In this document: positions 1-15,087 of the stretch, piece by piece | How the letters are laid out: each line of letters begins with the position of its first letter | Numbering within the stretch: the stretch's first letter is position 1 | Assembly: GCF_009914755.1 (NCBI RefSeq) | Contig: NC_060925.1 | Reading direction: 5' to 3' (one strand) | Source: the human T2T-CHM13v2.0 reference genome, Homo sapiens | DNA length: 64,000 nucleotides | The notes under the pieces: generated by a model | Told to the model about the DNA's origin: nothing | Seen by the model: the letters and a program-made list of their open reading frames with translations, nothing else | The model's database searches: none | Made by a program: the position numbers and the translations under genes

Positions 1-1347
1 GGCCACAGACACTGTTAAATAAAGGAGGGGGAGGGCTCTCTGCCCTTGGAACCTTTCCTTCTCATTTTCTGGCCCACCTCTAGCAGGGTGGCTGCTGAAT
101 ATCAAACCTGCATGGTGCACATTGGGCCTCACTTTCTAGGACTTAAATAACTCAGGGTTCAGATACCAAAGGGACAGACTTTATTGGTGACTCTTCATAG
201 CCTAGAGAAGGAAGCAGGGCAGAGATTATCTGCTTTACAGATGGGGAAACTGAGCATTTGTGGCTTGCGCAAGATCACACAGCTACTTAGTGGTGTCTTA
301 GGCAGATGGTTTTGTACCACATCCTCCTGAGAGTGGAGAAGCCTGGGTAGGAGCTCCAGGTGCATGCCATATTCTTGCCTCAGGAATGATCAGAACTGGA
401 GGCAGCAGTGTCCAACATCATATACGTTGGGCTTGTTGGTTGTCTCGCTGGACAGGATGGCTCCCATACCTGTTATGCCATCCCAATCTTAGCCATTCCT
501 TCCTCGGGCTCTGCCTTCCCACTGGACCATAGGATGACATGTTTCTTGTTTCCCTGTTTCTTGGCATGTCCAGATGATGGGAACTAGTCCTCAGCCCTGA
601 GCTTGGCTCTCTGCAGAGTCCATGTCCATGTGGAGGAGGTTTGCTGGGGTGGGGCTCTTGTTTTTGGCCTTATGATACTGTTTCCTCCTCTGGGCCCTGC
701 CAGTGACTTGCCAGGCCATCTCCAGAGCATGCTGGGCACTGCCCTACCTAAGCAAGAGTCCTGTGGTTTAAGTGGACTGAATAGATTATTTTCCTTTGCC
801 AGACCAAGAGCCCTAAGGCCATTGAAGTGAGGTGGCACTTACTCAGGCTCTGATGCCCTGGCCTTTCTAGGGCCCTCAGATAAACCTCAAAAGGAGATAC
901 CAAGGACTGACTCCCCCACCCCCCCACCGCCATCCCAGCTTTCCTCTTCAATGACTGGCTGATGGGAGGTATGTGCTAGGAGCAGTGTAGGGCTACCCCA
1001 ACCTGCCAGAGGCCACAGTAAGTGTGGTGGCCGTTTCTTCAGCTATATGGAGTCCAGAATTGCTCAAGTACCAAGGGAACATGAGGGGATGGCCTGAGGA
1101 GGAGTGGGGAGTAGGCGGAAGGCCCCTTGGAGGGAGCTGGGGCAGGCCCGTCCTTCACTTTGCCGTCTCTTTCTGTTGGGCTTCTCCCAGTTCATGGTTT
1201 TTGTATGTTTTGTTTCTTTATCTTGCTTCCTGCTGCTCATGTGCCCCCACGCTGTCTCCCTGCAGGCTCTCAGTCCCACATAACTATATGAGGTTGAGTT
1301 GCTGTTTGTATAATTTTTTCTTAAGTTCCATCTTTATTATATTTTAG

Positions 1348-4300
1348 GGCCCAGGGATCATCCTGATATTGTTGATTCATTTATGCAACTCCTGGCACAG
1401 GTGTGTTTTAGTTTTATTCATTCACGTTCTGTTCTCTCTCTTTCTCTTTCTCTTATGTTGAAATTCAATTTAAGCCTATTTTTAGCTTTCTGTTGACAAA
1501 TTTTTTTTCTGTTCAGTTGAATAGAGTTTCTTCATCTGTTTCCGTGGAAGTTGACAACCCAACATCCTCCTTTAGTGCCCCTATGCCTCACTAGCTCAGT
1601 CTTCTACAAAGACCAGGGAGAGGCTGATCCCAAACGGAGGGAGCTGGGCTGGCATCGGGTGGGGAATGGGAAAGGGAGGGGGTGGTGACTGCGCCCAGCA
1701 GCTTCTTGTTGCCCAAGAAGTTCACGTGTAGGGCTGGAGTTGAAGGGTCTGGGGTACACTGTCCCCGTGCTCCTGCCGGGAACTGCCTGCCTCAGTGCCC
1801 CCAGCCTGCTCCTGAGAGGTAGGCTGGGAGCAGCTCCAAAGCGAGGGGCTGAAGAGGAATGTGCGCGGTGGAGCCCAGAGTTGGGCTGTTGGAGAGGTTG
1901 AGCTGCTGCTAGGAGGTGGAGTGCAGGCTCCATGCTAGGATGTGTTTGCATTTTGTATGTGTTTCAGTGTGTGAGACCTTATTTTGTATGTTTTGAGTTT
2001 GGTTTGGGAAGGGAACAGAAATCACCTGTAAGTAGTATGTGAATTGTGTTGGGTGCTGAGATGAATGTGTGCCTTGATGTGTGCTGTATGTTGATGTGTT
2101 GTGTGTTTTGTGTTGTTTGTTGATGTGTTAGGCCTTGATGGATTTAGAGCGTGGACGTGTGTTGGAGGTGTGTGTGTTGGGTTGTCGGAGTGTATATTAT
2201 GGAGGATAGGAGTGTATGTTGTGGCATTGGTATGTCTGTATCAGAGTATGGTTTGGAGATGCATGTTGGGCTGTGGGGGTATGAAGTTAGTGTGATGGGG
2301 GCTTCTGTGTGTTAGGGGATCCTAGCACGCAGACCCCCTAACCTGTGAATTGGGGTAAATGGAGTGTTTCTTTGCTTAATCATTCCACAGATATTTATTG
2401 AGTGTGTGATACATGCTGTACTTTGCTAGGTACTGAGGATATGATAGCGAGCAAAACCAGGCACAGTTCTTGCTCTCCTGGAACTTACAAGTCTAGTTTC
2501 TGGGGGATGGGTAGGGTGGGAGGAGGGAAGAATAGGGAGTGTTCTGGGCCTGGATGGATATGTGTGTGGGTGTTTTCAAAGGTGTATCTTTGATGCGGAG
2601 GGTGTCTGAATGTGTATTTGTGGATGGGTATGTTGGAAGAGTGCACAGGGGGACTGTGGGAAGGCTGAGGGTGTAGGTGTGTGGACATGGTTTGGGGATG
2701 TGCAGGTGTTTGGTGTATGACTGTGTAATGAGGGTGTGTTCCAGATGGGGAGAGTGTGTGTATGTTAGGGGTGTTAGAGAAGTGTGTAAGGAGGGCATTT
2801 CAAGTGATGGTGCATGTGGGGGTGTTTGCACATGAGTAAACATGGGGGGTAGAGGGGATGTGAGGGGCTGGAGGGTAGAGGTCTATGTGGTATGCACTGG
2901 GGGCATTGCTGGGGAGCAGCAGTGTTTGAGGATGACTGGAGCTGTGCAGAGCATCTCCTGTGACCTGAGGATGTGCCAGTCATGTCCTGGTACCACTCGG
3001 GGCAGGCCATCTGCCCCCTTCACTTCATCTCTTCCCCCTCACCCACAGCAGCACTGGCTCCTTGGTGTGTGTATGGCCGAAGAGGGCCTGGACACAGGGT
3101 ACCCTGGGTGAAAGATGGGGCCGAGGCTCCAAGGCTCCTGCTGTACTTTTCTTCTTTTTGAGCAGGAGCTGGAGGGTGCCTCAGGAATACAGGAGGGACA
3201 TGGGAGGAGGGCTGTTGGGCTGAGGGCTCCCTGTCTGGCTGCCATCTCTTCTTCCTGCTACCCTGTTCACAAACTGGGGGTGCTTAACTCCCTCTGTGAA
3301 TCAACATGAAGTCACTGCTGGCAACCTAGAGCCTGCGAGACATCTGGCCCTGATGGAGGGGGAGGGAAAGGTGTCTGGAACCCAAACTTTCTGCATTATG
3401 ATCCCCACCCCCAACCTCTCTCACGTACACCTGCGTGTTCATGTACACATACATGTACATAGCATCCCTTGAGCTGTCCTCACCTGACCTACTGAACTCT
3501 GAGGTGGTCCGGGTCCCCCAGAGATGGCTGGGTAGCTGGTTTTGGCAGCCTCTACCTGTGAGGTGTGAAGTTGGGGGCTGGGGTGGCAGGTGAGTGGGGG
3601 GGATGGTCCTTGGAGCTGGCTGGGGCTGGGCTTACCAGCTCCACCTCCTGCAGGCTCTGAAGCGGAAGCCAGATTTGTTCCTGTGTGAACGATTGGATGT
3701 CAAAGCTGTGTTCCAGTGTGGTAAGTGGGGCGAGATGGACAGGTGGGCCTGGGGCTCCCCTAGAAGGATCGTTAAACTGATCTGCCTCTGCCTTTCCCAC
3801 AGCTGTGCTGGCCCTCAAGTTCCCTGAGGCACCTACTGTCAAGGCCTCCTGTGGCTTCTTTGTGAGTCCCATGCTGAACCCTGACCCACTGCCACCCCAG
3901 TGCCCTGCCCTGCCCAGGACTTCAGACAGTAGGGCTGGGGTGTACAGGTCTTGTCCTCAGGGAGAGCTGGGAAGGAGCTGGGCTGATGGGCCTCTCCATC
4001 CTCTGCAGACAGAGCTGCTGCCTCGGTGTGGGGAAGTAGAGTCTGTGGGAAAGGTGGTACAGGAAGACGGTCGTATGCTGCTCATAGCAGTGCTGGAGGT
4101 GAGACGGAGCAAAGGGGGGTTTGATGGGGGTGAGGGCCCCTCACTGCTGAGGCAGCTGGCCTTCTGGGAGGCTTGAGCCTTTGGTCCCCTAAGCTCTCAG
4201 ATTCTGTTTCTTCTTCAATTAAATGCCTGAAAGTTGTTAGGATTGCTGTGGGGATCAGCTGGCTCTCAAAAAGCAGCGCTCACTGTGATGTGCAGTTTGG

Positions 4301-4761
4301 CTTAGGAACTGTCCAGAGGGCAGTTAGGCATTCTTGCTGCAGAAGCGGCGGAAGGGGCAACACCCTGGTGTGCTGAGAACCCCTCTCCCTCAGGCCATTG
4401 GGGGCCAGGCCTCCCGCAGCCTCATGGACTGCTTTGCCGATATCCTGTTCGCCCTGAACAAGCACTGCTTCAGCCTCCTGAGCATGTGGATCAAGGAGGC
4501 CCTGCAGCCACCTGGTTTCCCCTCTGCCCGCCTCAGCCCTGAACAGAAGGATACCTTCAGCCAGCAGATCCTTCGGTGAGCAGAGCTGGGGTGGGCCTGG
4601 GGTCAGGCAGAGAGGGGGCAGTGGTGGTGGCTGGTGCTAACCTGCTCTCCCTTTTCTCCTTCAGCGAGCGAGTGAACAAGAGGCGGGTGAAGGAGATGGT
4701 GAAGGAGTTCACACTGCTGTGCCGGGGTCTCCATGGCACAGATTACACAGCTGACTACTGA
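1348..4761 (+). CDS. IPO13: Importin-13, C-terminal six coding exons (gene begins upstream of the window)
   Basis: GT-AG exons 1348-1400, 3654-3720, 3803-3861, 4009-4098, 4394-4575 and 4665-4761 splice in frame to (G)PRDHPDIVDSFMQLLAQ-ALKRKPDLFLC...-ERVNKRRVKEMVKEFTLLCRGLHGTDYTADY*, which I recognise as the IPO13 C-terminus. Confidence 0.96.
1940..2900. repeat. Degenerate TG/GT-rich low-complexity tract in an IPO13 intron
   Basis: About 1 kb strongly enriched in GTGT, ATGT and GGTG words and depleted of C. Confidence 0.7.
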
Positions 4762-5079
4762 GGGGTGCCCCCATCCCATCCACCCCTTCTCTTCATCCTT
4801 CCCTATTCCCAAAGAGTAAACCTGGACCCTCACTGCTGTCTCTGCCTCCTTTCTGCTGTCACCACCACCTAACTGAAAGCCTGGGTCCAGAAGGCCTGGG
4901 GGAAGGATGGGAGGATGCTTGGACCCAGGCCTTGGGAGGGAATGGTGGGAACATCCTCTAGCTCCCAGGTTGGAAGAGATACTACTGTAGCCAAGCCACC
5001 TAGGCTGGAGCCCTTCAGAATACTGTCATTGTCCTTGGGGCGGGGTGGTTGCAGTAGTGTCATCAACCCCCCCATCCCC

Positions 5080-5085
5080 ATTAAA
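5080..5085 (+). terminator. IPO13: IPO13 poly(A) signal ATTAAA
   Basis: ATTAAA about 320 nt after the stop codon, followed by U-rich sequence. Confidence 0.7.
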
Positions 5086-5829
5086 TTAATCCCAACATGC
5101 ATGTATGCATACATTTATTTAATCAACACCGCCGAATATTAGGCCCCTAGCTCTGTCCTGCGTCGTTCTGCCCTGAACAAAGGTTGATCTAGTCCATAGC
5201 TACCATGGAGAATGGTAGGAAGTGAGGGAAGGCTGCATGGAGAAAGTTTTTGACAGGAATAGTAGGCTTTGTAGGTAGAGGACTTGAGACTTTGGGCTGC
5301 AAGTGGGGTAGGGCTGGGTCCGTTTAGGAAGGAAGAAATGGAGTGGAGTTTTGACTTCCGGGAGGGGTTTCTGGTGTGGAGTTATACAACATCGAACTTG
5401 CATATGGTTGAGGAGGGCTATAGAAAGGGGCTGAGTGTGTGTGTATTGGGGGGTGGGTGGGTGGCAGGGAGGTGAAGGAGAGAAGATATCTCAGCCGCAG
5501 AGGAGAAAAGAGGAAAGTAGGACCTAAGGTTGTCCATATGTCCGCTGCTCCCCGCTTACACAGGACCTCCAGCACAGGATGGTCAGGGATCAATCAGCAC
5601 CAGGGACAGCTCCTGACCTATTCTTGCTTTTCTCCCTTAGCAGTGTTGCCTCCCTTTCTGTCTCCTCAGCTATAGTTTCACCTAGGCTGCCTCTCAGGTA
5701 CCCCAGGCTTCTCCTCAGTAAGATCTGAAGAGCAGAATGAGTTCTCCCCACTTTTACCCTTGAGCTTTCAATCTCCTTGTGGGTGATGGGGAACTCGTTA
5801 CTCCCACATTCATCCCACTCCTTCCCTGT

Positions 5830-6215
5830 TCAATAGATCCGGGTTTGATGCTGGTTGTGCCACAGAATTAGTGTCTTATTACACAAGTAGTCTCTTTGAA
5901 CCTCAGTTTCCGTATCTGACAGAGGTATGTAAGGAGGGCATTTCAAGTGATGTTGCATGTGGGGGTGTTTGCATATAAGTAAACATGGGGAGTAGAGGGG
6001 ATGTGAGGGGCTGGAGGGTAGAGGTCTATGTGGTATGCACTGGGGGTATTGCTGGGAAGCAGCAGTGTTTGAGGATGGCTGGAGCTGTGCAGAGCATCTC
6101 CTGTGACTTGAGGATGTGCCAGTCATGTCCTTGGTACCACTCGGGATAATTCTTACTCCAAAGACTGTAAACACTAAAAATGAAGTGCCTAATGTACAGT
6201 AAGTGCTCAGTATTT
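5830..6215 (+). mobile_element. MIR SINE split by a ~220-bp insertion
   Basis: MIR core cctcagtttccgtatctg at ~5901-5918; the MIR continuation gggataat...agtgcct...agtaagtgctca resumes at ~6143. Confidence 0.7.
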
Positions 6216-6457
6216 GGCTGATTAAATAGCAAATGCTTTCACTGCATGCGATATCCAAAGAACTACTTTGTAAAGTTTTGTATATAAATTAATTAGACCC
6301 TCACAACAATCTTATTAAGAGGTACTATTGTCACAACTCCCCATTCTTCAGATAAGGAAATGGGCATAGGGACATTCCTAAGATACTCAGTAGCAAGTGA
6401 CCAAGCACAATATTCAAACCCGAGCCGGTCGGCACCAAGTTTAAAATTATGCAGTGT

Positions 6458-6758
6458 AGCCGGGCACGGTGGCTCACGTCTGTACTCTCAGCATTTTGGG
6501 AGGCCGAGATGAGTGGATTGCTTGAGTTCAGGAGTTTGTGACCAGTCTGAGCAACATGGCAAAAACCTGTCTCTACAAAAAATACAAAAATTAGCTGGAT
6601 GTGGTGGTGCGCCTGTAGCCCCAACTACTCAAGAGGCAGAGGTGGGAGGATGGCTTCAGTCCAGGAGGTGAAGGTTGTGGAGATCGCGCCACTGCACTCC
6701 AGTCCAAGCAACATAGCGAGACCTTGTCAAAAAAAAAAAAAAAATGAATGAATGAAAG
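6458..6758 (+). mobile_element. Alu (J-like)
   Basis: Dimeric Alu with poly(A) tail and TSD aattatgcagtg at 6445-6456 and 6759-6770. Confidence 0.93.
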
Positions 6759-6789
6759 AATTATGCAGTGATACTGCCCAGAGGATAGA

Positions 6790-7255
6790 GTGCACGTGAA
6801 ATGCTTAACAGTGAAGTCGGTGTTCCTGATGGCCGCGGGTCGGCTGAACCGGACTCCCAGCGCCCGAGAGGAGGCCAGGGGAACTACAATGCCCACAAGG
6901 CTCCGCGCCTTCCTCGATGTACTTCCGGCTGGCCTGGGACTCAGGCTGAACATTGGTTCTCTGTGCGGGGCGGTGGCGGGGATTGGAGGGCGGGAGCTGT
7001 GCTGACTTAGGATTGGCAAAATCGCTATCAGCCACGCCTCTAAAACCCGGAAGTAACCTCCCCGGTAGTCCCACGTGTAGCGGAGAAACAGTAGTTAGGA
7101 TGGCTGAAGGGGATACTCACCGGCTGAAGGCCGACTGTGATTCCCCCTACCCCCACAAGGCGATTTTGACCCCCTGAGGGCTGCTCTAGAGGACTCAGGC
7201 CCCGAAGCTGTCCCAGGGAGGTCCCCGCTGCATCCCACCACCCAAGCTGTGCCTC
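6790..7255 (+). promoter_or_regulatory. DPH2: DPH2 CpG-rich promoter and 5' leader
   Basis: E-boxes CACGTG at 6793 and 7072; ZNF143/THAP11-type ACTACAATGCCCACAAGGC at ~6883; ETS-type ACTTCCGG at ~6921 and CCGGAAGT at ~7047; three ATTGG (CCAAT) boxes at ~6952-7016. Confidence 0.8.
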
Positions 7256-9619
7256 ATGGAGTCGATGTTTAGCAGCCCTGCCGAGGCGGCGCTGCAGCGA
7301 GAGACCGGGGTGCCAGGACTGCTTACTCCTCTTCCGGACCTGGACGGAGTGTACGAGCTGGAGCGAGTCGCTGGATTTGTCCGCGACCTGGGGTGTGAAC
7401 GAGTGAGGACAGACTTAGGGAAGGGTGGCTCGCCTCTGTCGGGATGGGTCGCCCAGAGGATCCGGATCTTGGGGGATTTTGTGAGGGCGAGAGGGTGGGG
7501 GAATCAGTCTGTCCGCAGCGCGTTGACCATCCCTCCCTTCCACCTACTACGTGGGGCAGAGTGCCCCTCTGGGACCAGGGGCTTTGAAGGTTGAGTGGGA
7601 GCTCCTGGAAGATTGCTTTAAAGAAGCCCTCAGTGGGAGAGAGGCTGTCCCTGACTCCATGGTTTATGCTTATAGGTTGCCTTGCAGTTCCCTGACCAGC
7701 TATTGGGAGATGCTGTGGCTGTGGCTGCACGACTGGAGGAGACGACAGGGTCAAAGATGTTCATTCTGGGTGACACAGCCTACGGCAGGTGTGAACTTGG
7801 CCTTAGGTGGGCCAGGCCTGGGGATCCGGGGCTCATGGGGTTTTACGTCTATGACAGTGATTGCCTTCAATGGTGGTGTTTCTCCTTGATGATAATGGTA
7901 ATGACTCCCCTTCTGATGCTAGCTCCTTTCATTGACAATGTCTTCCTTTAATGAAACCATTTTATTCACTGACCACATTTCCCAGTGATGACAGCAACTC
8001 GCCTCCAGAAGAGAACCCATTTCTCTGATGCTATCTTCCCTGCAGCTGCTGCGTGGATGTGCTGGGTGCTGAGCAAGCTGGAGCTCAGGCTCTCATACAT
8101 TTTGGCCCTGCCTGCTTAAGCCCTCCAGCCCGCCCACTGCCCGTTGCCTTCGTGCTTCGTCAACGTTCTGTGGCCTTGGAGCTCTGTGTCAAGGCCTTTG
8201 AGGCCCAGAACCCAGACCCCAAAGCGCCTGTGGTGCTGCTGAGTGAGCCGGCCTGTGCCCATGCCCTGGGTAAGGGGTTTTGCCTGTGTATGCACAAAGG
8301 GTGAGCCAACTGCTTTATGCCTTAATTTCCCCATTTCCATATACCATCCATAGAACTCTTGATATGGGCTTGGCCCCAGCCTACTGGGTCATATTTAGTC
8401 TCCTGGGGATGAGGGAGCTCCTGCTTTGCCAGGCTCCAACCTCAACACTACCTCCTTCTCTTCCAGAGGCTTTGGCTACTCTCCTGCGCCCACGGTACCT
8501 GGACCTGCTAGTCTCCAGCCCAGCTTTTCCCCAACCAGTGGGTTCCCTGAGTCCAGAGCCTATGCCCCTAGAGCGTTTTGGGCGCCGCTTCCCCCTTGCC
8601 CCAGGGAGGCGTCTAGAAGAGTATGGTGCCTTCTATGTAGGGGGCTCTAAGGCCAGCCCTGACCCAGACCTTGACCCAGACCTGAGTCGGCTGCTCTTGG
8701 GGTGGGCACCAGGTCAACCCTTCTCCTCCTGCTGTCCAGATACAGGGAAGACTCAGGATGAGGGTGCCCGGGCTGGACGGCTAAGGGCACGAAGACGATA
8801 TCTGGTAGAGAGGGCCAGAGATGCCCGCGTGGTAGGGCTGCTGGCAGGCACACTGGGTGTAGCCCAACACCGTGAGGCACTGGCCCACTTGCGGAACCTG
8901 ACTCAGGCTGCTGGCAAGCGTAGCTATGTGTTGGCCCTGGGGCGGCCCACCCCTGCCAAGCTTGCCAACTTCCCTGAGGTGGATGTCTTTGTGCTATTAG
9001 CCTGTCCTCTGGGTGCTCTAGCCCCCCAGCTTTCTGGTAGCTTCTTCCAGCCTATACTGGCACCATGTGAGCTGGAAGCTGCCTGCAACCCTGCCTGGCC
9101 ACCTCCAGGCCTGGCTCCCCACCTCACACATTATGCGGACTTATTGCCTGGTGAGTAGTGGGGGCATTGCCTAAGCTGGAAACCTGGGGCACGGAGTCAG
9201 GGGGTGAGTATGGATTTTCTTTCCTCCTCCCTTTCAGGCTCTCCCTTCCACGTGGCTCTCCCACCACCTGAGTCAGAGCTGTGGGAAACCCCAGACGTGT
9301 CACTCATTACTGGAGATCTCCGACCCCCACCTGCCTGGAAGTCATCAAATGATCATGGAAGCTTGGCTCTGACCCCACGGCCCCAGCTGGAGCTGGCTGA
9401 GAGCAGTCCTGCAGGTAAATGTACAAGTCTCCACTCCCAGCTGAGCTTTTTCTCCAGATGCAGCGCACTCAGACTGAGCCCCCTCCCTCTACAGCCTCAT
9501 TCCTTAGTTCCCGGAGCTGGCAAGGGCTGGAGCCCCGCCTGGGTCAGACGCCAGTGACAGAAGCTGTGAGTGGAAGACGAGGGATTGCCATCGCCTATGA
9601 GGATGAGGGAAGCGGCTGA
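7256..9619 (+). CDS. DPH2: Diphthamide biosynthesis protein 2 (489 aa)
   Basis: Exons 7256-7402, 7676-7788, 8046-8269, 8467-9150, 9238-9414 and 9495-9619 total 1470 nt. Motifs [26 protein letters not shown] and KLANFPEVD; ends [15 protein letters not shown]. Confidence 0.97.
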
Positions 9620-9837
9620 TACCATGTGGGGCTGGAGACATAGATGGACTTATGAATGGCTGCTAGGACCTTTAGTGCTCCCTGCACCAACCTCCCATCC
9701 CCCTGCCAAGATCCTTGAAGGACCCTGGAAGGAGGGAGAGCAGGCAGCCCTTCACAGGATAGGATCCGTCTCTGTCCTGTCCTGGCACTGGCACAAGCTC
9801 AGCACATGCCCAGTAATGCGTGTTGTTTGGCTGATGG

Positions 9838-9843
9838 AATAAA
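9838..9843 (+). terminator. DPH2: DPH2 proximal poly(A) signal AATAAA
   Basis: AATAAA about 220 nt after the stop codon. Confidence 0.6.
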
Positions 9844-9980
9844 GGGCTTAGGGACTTCCCTGAGGCCTCTGGACCCATCTGTCTTCCTGAGGGCAGCCCA
9901 GGACCTTTGGCCAATCCCAGTTCCCAGGCTGCAGTTGAGGGTCTGTCCTTGTCAAAAGGCAGGTGCTAGACAGTCTAGAC

Positions 9981-10189
9981 CAGGGTTTCTCAAACTCGTA
10001 CTTGACATTTGGGGCCAGATAATTCTTTGTTGTGGGGCTGTCTGGTGTATGGTAGGGTGCTCAGCAGCATCCCTGGCCTCTGCCCACTAGACATCAGAAG
10101 CACTCCCCCAGTTGTGACAACCAAAAATATCTCCAGACCTTGGCAAATGTTATCTGTGGGGGAAAATTGCCCTCAATTGAGAACCACTG
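9981..10189 (+). mobile_element. MER20 (hAT-Charlie DNA transposon)
   Basis: Terminal repeats cagggtttctcaa...ttgagaaccactg, internal ataattctttgttgtgggg and gttgtgacaaccaaaaat, hAT-type target gtctagac/gtctagct. Confidence 0.88.
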
Positions 10190-10200
10190 GTCTAGCTAGA

Positions 10201-10386
10201 CCTGCACTGTCCAGTACAGTAGCCACTAAATACATGTGGCTAAACTTAAATTTAAGTTAATTAAGATTAAAAGCTCAGTTTCTCAGTCACATTAGTCATT
10301 CAAGTGTTCAGACAGCCACATGAGGGGACAGTGCAGCTACAGGATATGCCATCATGGCAGAAAGTTCTATTGGTTGGACAGTGTTG
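10201..10386 (-). mobile_element. MER3/MER33-type hAT-Charlie element
   Basis: ctgtccagtacagtagccact...catgtggcta, an AT-rich core, and atcatggcagaaagttctattgg...ggacag match MER3 in reverse orientation as I remember it. Confidence 0.75.
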
Positions 10387-10429
10387 GTCTATACTGACTC
10401 TTATTTCTCAGGGAGATCACAGCAACCTA

Positions 10430-10435
10430 AATAAA
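10430..10435 (+). terminator. DPH2: DPH2 distal poly(A) signal AATAAA
   Basis: AATAAA followed by a U/GU-rich downstream element (ttttctctttgtgtttcttttt). Confidence 0.7.
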
Positions 10436-10904
10436 CCAGATACCTTTTCTCTTTGTGTTTCTTTTTAATTCATGAAATACTGCAGGTCCTGCACTGGTCC
10501 TGGGATGTAGATGTTAACTGTATTTAACCAGATTCCTTTCCAGTGTACCTGGAAAGAGAGTTAAATACGCAGTCAGTACACAGTGAAACAGCTCTATCTG
10601 GGAGGAGGGAAGCCCCAGGGACAGCTGGATCCCACAGGAGATACCTGACAAGGACTAAGAGGAGGCTTCCCAGAGGGCATAACACCTATGCTGGATCTTT
10701 TGGAGGAAAAAATAATTGTCAGGAGAAAAGGAGTGAAAAAGACCTTTGGGCTTAAACATGAACCAACATGGCGGATGCTTCAAGCAAGTGGGGTTGCTGG
10801 GCCCTAAAGGTGGAGAGGGGTGAAATGAAAAGACTCGCCTCTTCTTCCCCACATTTGTTGAGAATCTGGTCACAGTGGCATTGTCGAGGGTATTGAAGGT
10901 GAAC

Positions 10905-11520
10905 AAAGGAGATGTGGTCCCTGCCCTCAGGGAATGCCTAGTCTAATGGTGGAGGCAGAGCTGTAAGCTAACAAGGTAACCCAGACAAAGTGGGCATCAG
11001 TCATGTGTTCTACAAATATGTACTGAGGACACACTCTGTGCCAGGTACTGGAAATACAGCAGTGAGCGACACAAAAGCCATGGTGCTTCCACTCTTCCAG
11101 GGGAGTTGGACAAATAAAATACTTAGTATGCCAAATGGTGATCAGTAAGTACCGTGAGAAATGTAAAGCTGGGAAGCAGAGGAGCGTTTAAGCGGGGTGG
11201 AATATTAAACAGAATGGTCAGAGAAGGCCTTTTCAAGAAGGTGAGCAAAAACTGAAAGGAAGTTACAGGATGAGCCGCATGTATAGTTAGGAGAAGCAGA
11301 GAGAGCAAGTGCAAGGGCAGTGAGGTCGCGGTATGGTTGGCACGTTCAAAGAAATAGCAAGGAGGGCAGTGCAGCCAGAGGAGGGAGTTAGTGGGGGAAT
11401 ATTAGAAGGTGAAGTCAGCTGAGGGGCGTGGGGAGCCTAGCAGGCTATTGTGAGAACTTTGGCTTTTCTCCTGAATGAAATGGGAGCCATCAGGGCATTT
11501 CGACAGGGTAGTGACATCTT
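10905..11520 (-). mobile_element. LINE-2 fragments
   Basis: L2-typical words: gtccctgccctcagg, tactgaggacacactctgtgccagg, gtcagagaaggcct, tgaaatgggagccat. Confidence 0.6.
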
Positions 11521-11549
11521 ACTGAAGCTTAATAAGCATCACCAGGACA

Positions 11550-12120
11550 TCGCAGGAGCCCAGCAAACGCGCTTCCCTGCCACTGGGTTAGGGAAGGCTT
11601 GCCGGAAGGACGATTTCGGAGGACAGCAGGTGTTAGCCAGGCAGCGGAGCGAGCGCCAACAGGCGCACTGGGGCGGAGAGACGCCGTGAGCAAGGTGAGG
11701 CAGAGGGCACGCGCGGCGCCACCCGCCACAGGCTAGGACGCACGGCTGCCAGAGAGGACGCCTTAGGGGCCCGCGAGCAGGCTCGGGAATAAAACAGGGC
11801 TGGCAGGGCGAGGTGGAGAGACTCGAGAAGGACCGGCCAGATGTCGAAGTTCCTAGAGAGGAGGGCGCCCAAGCCTCCGCCGAGACGCGTGACTACAACT
11901 ACCACAATCCCCAGCGCCTGCGGTTCCAGCGTCGCCTTGCTCTAGACGGGCGGCGGCGCTGCGCGGGGAACCGGCGTGGGGTCACGTGGTACCGGCGCAT
12001 CACGTGGGCGAGTTAGGTGACGCTGCGGGGCGGGCGGACAGACTGCGGGACGGACGGTGGACGCTGGGACGCGTTTGTAGCTCCGGCCCCGCCGTTCCGA
12101 CCCCCGCCGCCGTCGCCGCC
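11550..12120 (+). promoter_or_regulatory. ATP6V0B: ATP6V0B CpG-island promoter with tandem CLEAR/E-box sites
   Basis: GTCACGTGGT at 11981-11990 and ATCACGTGGG at 11999-12008; ZNF143/THAP11-like GACTACAACTACCACAATCCC at ~11891; GC box at ~12027. Confidence 0.85.

Positions 12121-15087
<2,967 letters not shown>

Noticed and set aside
1012-1023. Consensus donor ACA|GTAAGT at 1018 upstream of the IPO13 exon at 1348
   Set aside because: Nearby ATGs hit stops or are in the wrong phase, and I could not define an acceptor or TSS.
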